Origin: Eledone cirrhosa
Lineage: Eukaryota
Assembly (NCBI GenBank): GCA_964016885.1
Contig: OZ024742.1
Location: 345,650,001-345,714,000 of the forward strand
Length of the DNA: 64,000 nt
Direction: 5' to 3'
Part shown: positions 54,901 to 64,000 of the stretch, one piece after another
Layout: each line of letters opens with the position of its first letter
Position numbering within the stretch: position 1 is the stretch's first letter
Translations under genes and position numbers: made by a program
The notes under the pieces: model-generated
Database searches by the model: none
Told to the model about the DNA's origin: nothing
The model's input: the letters and a program-made list of their open reading frames with translations, nothing else

Positions 54901-56215
54901 GAGGATTGCTACAGATACCTGGGATTGATGAGAACATATCATATAATGGTATATGTAATAAGGAACGCGTAACCAGGGAATACTCCACCCGATTAAGAAA
55001 GATATGGTCATCGGAACTCTCTGCGCAAAACAAAACAGTGGCTCACAATGTGTTTGCTGTCCCTGTCCTAACACCAACTTTTGGAATACTCAATTGGACG
55101 ATAGACGAAATTCGAGCAGTTTATGTTAGAACTCGAAAAATACTAACCAACACCGGAAACTTACACATCAGCAGTGACATAGACCGCCTTTACTTGAAAC
55201 GTAAGCAGGAAGGCAGAGGCCTAACATCAGTCCAGACAGCATTTGAATGTCGCATCATATCCCTTTGACAACATCTACGAACCTCAAAACGTAGGAGCCC
55301 GTCTCTAGAGCAAGTCTATCTGCATGAAACAGATAAAATCATCAGAGTTGGGAAGGAACTCCTCGAGAGGTATTCCCTGTGTGATAATCAAAACCTCACA
55401 CCCAGGGAAATTGCTCAGCAGTATCGCAGTGAATCCATGGATGAAAAACTGCGTACTTATCAGCAAAACATCATGCATGGATATGTTGCCAGGAAGCACC
55501 AGAGTGAGAGTAATATAGATAAACAAAGTAGTCTATCTTGGACCAACAACCGCTCTATTGGCTCCCACTTTAAAGGATACGTTTTTGCAATCCAAGAACA
55601 GGAAATCAACACGAAATACTTGATTCACAAAAGAGATAGGGATGCAGGTTAAATACCTAGATGTGATAACAAGTGCAGACTCTGCAGAACTAATATCGAA
55701 GATGTCACCCATGTCATAAGCAGCTGTCCAAAGATGTCATCGCGGTACTATCTACCTATGAGGCATGATGTAGTGGTCAAAACACTGTACAGTGCAATCC
55801 GTATAAAAGATAGCCCCGATAATAAACACATTAAAAGCTGCAGCAATGTGGAAGACATCGATATACAGAACTGTTGAGAAATCTGCAGATACTCCACCCT
55901 GATTATACCTTCAGATTTATGCCTGTGATTATTGGGGCACTGGGATATGTTAGTAACTGCCTCAGTACAAATCTTGAGAAGCTGGGCTTCACAGGAACAG
56001 AAAGAACACAACTAGTTAGGAAATTACAAGTACAATCAATTAATGGAACAGTAAAAATATGTAAAACATTTCAAAAATGTTGCATCTAATAAATGCATAT
56101 ACACATGTACAGATACTAAGCATATACACATGCACACATACAATTCAAACCATACACATCCACACATAACGTCCATACCTACACATGCATACATATCTAC
56201 CTAGTTGATGTTGCG
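51972..56215 (+). mobile_element. Near-full-length R4/Dong-like RLE non-LTR retrotransposon, decayed, with an internal inversion and a deletion in the RLE domain
   Basis: GYMNRMKQLWDEIHP; KAPGKDMI; GVWGCAEQLLINK; WLDYRKAFDSVPH; GIFQGDSLS; LVDDLKLY; CRLCRTNIEDVTHVISSC; RHD; no APE domain seen; begins and ends in (CATA)n. Confidence 0.92.
52601..52789 (-). mobile_element. tRNA-derived SINE nested in the R4-like element
   Basis: 17-bp TSD ATAATACAATCGATAAT at 52584-52600 and 52790-52806. Confidence 0.92.
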
Positions 56216-56839
56216 TACATACATACATACATACATACATACATACATACATACATACATACATACATACATACATACATACATACATACATAGAGAACA
56301 TTTCCAAGGAAAGATATTAGAAACGTAAGTAAAAATGAAATTAATCACGTGGCCCCGCATTAAACAAACCAGACTTTCATGCAAGTTAAAATTACAGTAC
56401 AGATGGCTATAATAAATTCAGAAATGGACTTAAAAACAGAAGGCCTCATTATTATTTTCATGTAAACAGTGGAATCAGCAAATGTAAACTACTAAATATA
56501 TAGTTCTAACAAACCTAGTGCTGAATGGAAGCATTCTGAGGTAAGTCGGAGAATCTATAAACTAAAGAATTCTGCTGTTCTCTATTATTAAGTAATTCAA
56601 AATATCAATGTAGTCATACATATCAGCGCTGGTAGATGAATAGGTGGATAAGTAGATAGATAGATAGATAGGTACATAAATAGATAGATATTTAGATGGA
56701 AGATAGATAAATAGTGATAGGTAGGTAGATAGATTTGGAGTTAGGTGTATATATATATATATGTATATATATATGTATGTGTGTATATATATATATATGT
56801 ATGTATGTATATATATATATGTGTGTGTATATATATATT

Positions 56840-56912
<73 letters not shown>

Positions 56913-57283
56913 ATATATATATATAAGTATGTATATATATGTGTGTGTGTGTATTATATTATATTATAGAGAGAGAGAGAGAGCGGGAGGGGGATTTACT
57001 GCTCAGTATTCACAGGATTTTAACTTGGACAGATGTATGCATACAGAAAATAGAAATATATTTCTAAGATCAATAGCATAACATTGGGGCCTTTGTGGCG
57101 AGGGTGGAGGGTGGTGACATGAACTGGAAGAGGTGGGGTTATCTTTCAATCACATAGATATATATAAACTTTATGGATCTGTGGAGAAACAAATATATTT
57201 CACTGTAGAAAGGGAGGAAATGGAGAATAGGATGGATTTCACCTCGAAATATTGAAGCGAGGAAATATAATCTAGTCTCAGTA

Positions 57284-57895
57284 ACACACAAATACACACA
57301 CACACAACACACACACACACACACATATACACACATATATACCCACATACACACCCACACATGCACGGACACATACATACTGTCACACATCCACAGAAAC
57401 ATACACACACGAACATCTACACATACACACATACAAATAAACACATACACAACCACACATGCACATCCACGCACACATACAGTCACACATCCACACAAAC
57501 ACACACACACGAACATGCACACACACACATACAAACACATATCCCCCCCACACACACACAGACATACACATATACACACATACATACCTACACACACACA
57601 CACACATACAGTCACACATCCACACAAACACGAACATCCACACACACACACATACACATACGCAGACACACACATACACACCCACACATGCACACTCACA
57701 CACACATACAGTCATACATCCACACAAACGCACACACACGAACATCCACACACACACACATACACACATACACATACGCAGATACACACATACATGCACA
57801 CACTTCACAAAGGCTGCTTTCAAATAAGCATACGCAGACACACATGCACACACACACGCGCGCACAACCGCACGAACACATACACACACACACGG
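57284..57895. repeat. Degenerate CA-rich minisatellite
   Basis: Recurrent CAGTCACACATCCACACAAAC...CGAACATC blocks within (CA)n. Confidence 0.8.
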
Positions 57896-58010
57896 AAGTG
57901 TTGACATTTGATAATTTTAAAGAAGTGAATTTTAAAGATTAAGCTATAACATATATTTAATCAACAGCCACCAATTTAGCACATAAATTATGTAATATTC
58001 ATTCATGATT

Positions 58011-58182
58011 TGGAGGATTGGCAGTATCGGTAGAGGGTCGGACGCCATGCTTTGAAGCATAGAGTTACGTCCCTGTATGATCTGAGTTCAAATCCCGCCG
58101 AGGTTAACTTTGCCTTTCATCCTTGTGGGGTCGATAAAATAAAGTACCAGTAATGTACTGGGTGATTGCTGGCCTCGTCAAA
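58011..58182 (+). mobile_element. tRNA-derived SINE
   Basis: Same family as 25663. Confidence 0.88.
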
Positions 58183-58439
58183 GTAATCCAACTTATTTTA
58201 CAAACGGCATAAAAAAATATATTCCGGACGCAATCCCGCAGACCTTTCTTTATTATAGTTAAGATTCAACATATTTTCTCCTCTATATCATTGTTGTCAT
58301 TGTTATTATTGTTGATTATTGATTTTGTATGATTTCAACTTCAGGTAAAGCACAGAAGACTCAATACAAGATGTATTAAACAAATATTCGGTCTCTCGCT
58401 GCTGAAAGAAAAGCTAGGTAGTCTTAATTGCTTGACGTT

Positions 58440-60200
58440 CAACTTAAGCAAGTTGAAATTTCAGGAAATATTGAAGAATCGTAGAATAATCTCAAGGAAG
58501 TAACATATTCTGCTTGACTTTAAGCCAAACTGTAAACATCAAGATTGCTTCAATGAAAACAATGGAGAAATACAGTCGTTAATTAAAACAACATGTACTC
58601 CCCTCATAAAGTATTGCCAACAAAGAAATACTTGGACAGTAAACAAACTGTTCAATGGACGTTGAAGAAACGAAAGACAAGTGGTGATCATGAAAAGCAG
58701 CCCAACTTTAAACTGATGCTGATGGAAAAGATATAAAAGCCTTCTATGAAAGCATAAAAGAGGTTTATGGCCCTCAGCAATGTGAGTCCTTATGAATATT
58801 AAAGTAGGATGGATCCACTTTGTATCATAATCTATAAAGCTCAGTGTGTGGTCATGCTCCTTCGTTATAGAAATCTACGATATAGAATTTCTTCAATTGA
58901 AATTTACAATTCAGCATTCGAAATTGTTTCGATTGCGTCTTGACGCAGATAATTTTTTCAATTTCACCCACAATTACACAAAAATAGATAAAACTCAATA
59001 TTTTACGATTTTTCTCTCTCATTTAAACTGCTGAAAACTTTCTACTACCATTCAAAATCTATACAACTTCATACTTTCTGCTACTTTCTCTTTCCAAGCT
59101 TGATGGTGATACTGTCCGTTCACACTACTCCCTACTGTCTTAAATTTAGAAAACATATCTTCTATGAGGTCACTAAACCTGCTAGAAACAGCAGCTAACT
59201 CTCGCCCATATCACACCACTCCCTACTGTCTTAAATTTAGAAAACACATATCCTCTATGAGGTCACTAAACCTGCTAGAAACAACAGCTAACTCTCCCTC
59301 ATATCACAACCCTCCCTACTGTCTTAAATTTAGAAAACACACAGACAACCATGCAGAACAACTCCATCGCAGCTCTGTTGTTCGGCTGGCATCGTCTACG
59401 CGCGTGTTGCGCAAGTACTGTGAAACAATAAATTTCAACACTTTTTTGCACAGAGATAATATCCATAGGCGAAACTACAATTGTCACTGCTGGCGCAGCT
59501 CATGCTTCCAGGTCTGCAATTCATTCACCCAGTGCCTGGCAGACAAAAAAGTCCTGCCATAAAATGGGTGGTGCAACCTAACTTTGGTAACTTAATGACC
59601 CCGAGCAACGCCGGGCTTTAATGCTAGTACATATTAAAGGGAAGTTCTTAACCGCTGGAAAGAATACTTTGAAACAATTTTGAATTCTCCATCTGTTGTG
59701 GATCATGATGTCATCGACTTTCAGGCCATAACTCCCTAGTTCCAGAGAAAGTATAGGAGATTAACAACGATTTATTTATAGTATTTGTTGACTTAACAAA
59801 GGCTTCTCACTCTGTTAGCCACGATGCTTTGTGGTCAGTGCTGAAGAAAGATGGGATTCCAAATAAGATGATCGATGTTATAACATCGTTCCATGAAAAC
59901 ATGTAAGCTTCTGTTAGGTCAGATGACGTTTCATCACATCCTTTTCGTTTTAAAAAATGGGCCAAACTAGGGAAGCATAGAGACCCTGTTTTCTTTGCTA
60001 TTTACTTGTCTCTGGTGCTAGAATATGCCCTCAAGGACTATAATGATGGTGCTTTGTTTGAATTTCGAACATCAGATGGGCTCTTTAATCATCAACGAAT
60101 TGAGTTGAAGAAAATGTTTTTAGACTTCTTGTTTGCAGATGATGCGTCTCTAGTAACTAATTATTTCCGGGAAGCACAAAACCTTGTCAAACATTGTAAC
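58440..60200 (+). mobile_element. Old RTE-clade LINE remnant
   Basis: KAFYESIKEVYGP, LNRWKEYFETILN, FIVFVDLTKA, DFLFADDA in broken frames; boundaries approximate. Confidence 0.8.
58825..59627 (+). mobile_element. Non-autonomous Helitron inserted in the RTE remnant
   Basis: A^TC start; CCCGAGCAACGCCGGG hairpin and CTAG^T end (59624-59627); internal tandem repeat of about 92 bp (59131, 59222, 59315). Confidence 0.85.
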
Positions 60201-60303
60201 CCGCTTAATCTCCCTAAGAAACACATTAAAAGGGCATATGTTGACTCCCCAGCTACTTACAAGCTGATTTCACAAGCAAACACCTATGTTCACACTTACA
60301 TAC

Positions 60304-60364
<61 letters not shown>

Positions 60365-61365
60365 CATATCGTTTTTTATCTTTTTCAAATACAATATAAA
60401 AAATTAGAAACATAGGCGGAGCAGTTAGAAACAGATCAAAATAGAGTAATTTATTATAATAAGCAGTACAAAAGACTATGTTGCATACTTCTTTGAAAAC
60501 ATATTCCAAAAAAGCATGCATACAGAATCCTATTGTGCTAAAAATAATAATTACACATGAAGCAAATTATTCATTAAAATAAACACTAAACACGTTTTTA
60601 CATTAAATGATGATTTACGAACGTTTCATCCATTCCTGGCACTTGACAAAATCAGTTATTTAAGATTAAAAACCTCATAATAACCTCCCCAAATTACTCG
60701 ACAGCCAGCAGCCATAGAAAATGTTTACATTTATAAATTCCGAAATGGCGCCATAATGCATTGAAAATCTATGTTGTCCAACTACAGAAATATAACGTCA
60801 AACCACTCTAACACATCACTATAAAAACTTTTTTTTTTAAATCAATAGAGGATAAATATAAAAAGAGAAACATGTTAAAAAATATTATAAAATCTTTTTC
60901 TATATATATATATATAGGAAAAGATTCAGATCCCCTACGGCTGAGCTCCAGCCGTTTCAACAGCTTGAATATATATTTAAGTATATACAAACGTAAGATA
61001 TTTAACAAATGACTGAACCTACGGAAATGAAATAATTTTATCGATTTTCAATTTTTAGAAAATATTAAGGTAAAGTTTAGAAAACATGGAAGATAATGTT
61101 TAAAATTATTTTGATAAAATTATCCATATGGGGGCCCTTCTCCCTAGAACATCGTACATCCTCGTGAGAACATTTCGCTGCTCCCCTCAATCTGGTCACA
61201 GCAGCATCCTTTTATGTAGATGAGACGCCTCTAGGGAGAGGCATTCTTCTGCAGTTCTGTTTACATGCCAACACAAGAGCAAGAATGATGAGGTCATTCT
61301 ACTGACATGGCTTTAAAGAGGTTGTTTGCATAATTGCAAACGAATCTAATAGTTTTATTAAAATT

Positions 61366-61550
61366 AGGCGGTGGATTGGCAGTATCGGTAGAGGGTTGGA
61401 CGCCATGCTTTGGCGTATAGAGTTACCACCCTTGCCAGTCTGAGTTCAAATCCCGCCGAGGTTAACTTTGCGTTTCATCTTTACGGGGTGGATAAAATAA
61501 AGCACCAGTAAAGCACTGGGGTAATTGCTGGCCTTGTGCCAAAAGTAGAA
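61366..61550 (+). mobile_element. tRNA-derived SINE
   Basis: Same family as 25663; flanks are homologous to the SINE-free 46440-46578. Confidence 0.88.
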
Positions 61551-61623
61551 ATTAGTATTAGTATTCGAAAATCTCAGATTACATTTATTGTAGTCAGCCA
61601 TGTGGAACGATAAATTATTTGTT

Positions 61624-61675
<52 letters not shown>

Positions 61676-61678
<3 letters not shown>

Positions 61679-61868
61679 AACGAGTAGGATCCTCACGGCT
61701 GAGCTCAAGCCGTTTCGACGGCTAATTCTGGACTAAATGAAAATGTTTATCCTGGTATATGAATAACTATTGAAAGGCTATTCATATACCAGGATAAAAA
61801 TGTTCATTTAGTCCAGAATTAGCCGTAGAAACGGCTTGAGCTCAGCCGTCGGAGTCCTACTCGTTCCT
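61676..61868. mobile_element. Near-perfect ~190-bp palindromic element next to (TA)n
   Basis: AGGAACGAGTAGGA...ACGGCTGAGCTCAAGCCGTTTC...TATCCTGGTATATGAATA and its mirror; partial copies at 60917-60965 and 46791-46830. Confidence 0.85.
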
Positions 61869-61946
61869 ATTACCCACTCTACTACCCTAAGTATTGAGTA
61901 CTTTGGTGCGTTATGATCCACCTGGTTCCTTACCACATTTCCTTCG

Positions 61947-62027
<81 letters not shown>

Positions 62028-62389
62028 GAATGTCTCTTGTATCCCTATTAAAAAATTGGGATTATCACTCCCGATTACCATTGCTTTGGTCCGTTTCCAG
62101 AGATCCAGGGCACCTGGCACGCACGAGCCATTCAGAGTATAGCTTCTCTATTTAAGGGTTTTTGTTAAATCTTGGGCCGAATTTTATCCTGTCAGAGCAC
62201 CTGCAACATTTAAGCACTCTGGCCATCCGAGTCTCCATGAGATTACTCTCCATCCCTTCAGGCGTCTCATGTACATCAAAGGATGCTGCTGTGACCAGAT
62301 TTAGGAGAGCAGCAAAATGTTCCCACGAGGATGTAATATGTTCTAGAGAGAATGGTCCCATAAGGATAATTTTATCAAAATAGTTTTAA

Positions 62390-62608
62390 CTCTTTAGCAT
62401 CTAAACCGGCCGTACCAGCCAGAATTCTCTCACCTCGTTCTGTTCAAACTGGTCATAACTGGCTGCTAATTCTTATATTAAGGTAATGTTCACAAAATAA
62501 ATAATATCAAAATCTCATAGATTCGATATTATATGAGATTATATGTGAAATAACATATTTACCATGAAAATCCAATAGTATATATAGCGTAATATAAATG
62601 CTAAAGGG
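62390..62608. mobile_element. piggyBac-like MITE
   Basis: TTAA|CTCTTTAGCAT...ATGCTAAAGGG short TIRs; interrupts the foldback right arm; right TSD degenerate. Confidence 0.6.
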
Positions 62609-63220
62609 TATGCTCTCTTCAATTTTTTCAAAATGTTACCTTAATATTTTCTAAAAAATTAAAAATCCATGAAATTATTTCATTTTCGTAGGTTCAGTCA
62701 ACTGTTAAATATCTTACGTTTGTATATATTTAAATAATTCTCTTTTTATATTATTGTGTATGTAAATATAACATGAATATAGCATTAAACATGTTCATTA
62801 ATTTTATGTAGTTGATTCTAAAATAACTGAGAAATGTCGGCACGGTCAGCTAGTACTTCAAGAATACAGGAAAGAATAAGGGTTCTTAAGTATATCTCAT
62901 TGTGAATACGTAAAAAGAAATCCCTTTCTCCATCTCTACCCGCTATCATATCATTCCTCTCTGTTCCATCAATGCCTAATCAATACCTTAACTAATACCA
63001 TCTCCCTTCCTAATCAATACCTTAACTAATACCATCTCCCTTATTTATGATAATGCGTTACGTTGAAAGATCAAGAACATTCAGAAAAGCTAAGCAAAGA
63101 AGTAACTATAGTACATAAGTATTCAATACATTAATACAGTGAAAACAACAACGTTTAATATAGAAATGGCTTCTACAGGTCCTGTAGAGACCATTTCTAT
63201 ATTAAATTACGCTATATAGA

Positions 63221-63397
<177 letters not shown>

Positions 63398-63478
63398 AAT
63401 TGAGGATTTAGCTTCTGGCATAGCTGTATACAGATATGTATAGAAATCTGTGTGAGTGTGTAGTACAAAACAGTAATA

Positions 63479-64000
63479 AACAATGACAACAATGACAACA
63501 ATGACAACAATAACAACAATGACAACAATGACAACAATGACAACAATAACAACAATGACAACAATGACAACAATGACAACAATAACAACAATGACAACAA
63601 TGACCACAATGACAACAATGACAACAATGACAACAATAACAACAATGACAACAATGACAACAATAACAACAATGACAACAATGACAACAATTACAACAAT
63701 GACAACAATGACAACAATAACAACAATGACAACAATAACAACAATGACAACAATGACAATAATAACAACAATGACAACAATAACAACAATGACAACAATG
63801 ACAACAATGACAACAATGACAACAATGACAACAATAACAACAATGACAACAATGACAACAATAACAACAATAACAACAATGACAACAATGACAACAATGA
63901 CAACAATAACAACAATGACAACAATGACAACAATAACAACAATGACAACAAGGACAACAATGACAACAATAACAACAATAACAACAATGACAACAATGAC
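63479..64000. repeat. 9-bp minisatellite ACAAT(G/A)ACA, running off the window end
   Basis: Tandem CAATGACAA/CAATAACAA. Confidence 0.96.

Larger units (their letters stand above)
60975..62735. mobile_element. Long-TIR foldback element with nested insertions
   Basis: Left arm about 60975-61230; right arm about 62260-62389 plus 62612-62735 is its diverged reverse complement. Confidence 0.8.

Overview
Eukaryotic, repeat-saturated window with no recognisable host gene. The abundant tRNA-type SINE and the microsatellite load resemble an octopus/cephalopod genome (inference). Layout: an 18-kb T/G-skewed satellite with higher-order repeats (1-18.3 kb); a triplet-phased minisatellite; a full-length but decayed Helitron (Rep-HUH + PIF1, about 19.5-25.1 kb); a field of foldback elements, SINEs and non-autonomous Helitrons (25-30 kb); two tandem Penelope-like (Naiad-type) retroelements (30.4-38.4 kb), the first bracketed by ~1-kb inverted pLTRs that each carry a type I hammerhead ribozyme; a 200-N gap; more hammerhead-bearing non-coding inverted-repeat elements; a nested pile of R4/Dong-like RLE retrotransposons and RTE-derived elements all docked in (CATA)n tracts (46.9-56.3 kb); an old RTE split by a Helitron; nested foldback/MITE elements; and a terminal 9-bp minisatellite. 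The best candidates for a system are (i) a hammerhead-ribozyme/Penelope-like network of autonomous and non-autonomous inverted-repeat elements in (TA)n, and (ii) a (CATA)n-targeted retrotransposon hotspot. All calls were made by eye, without database searches.
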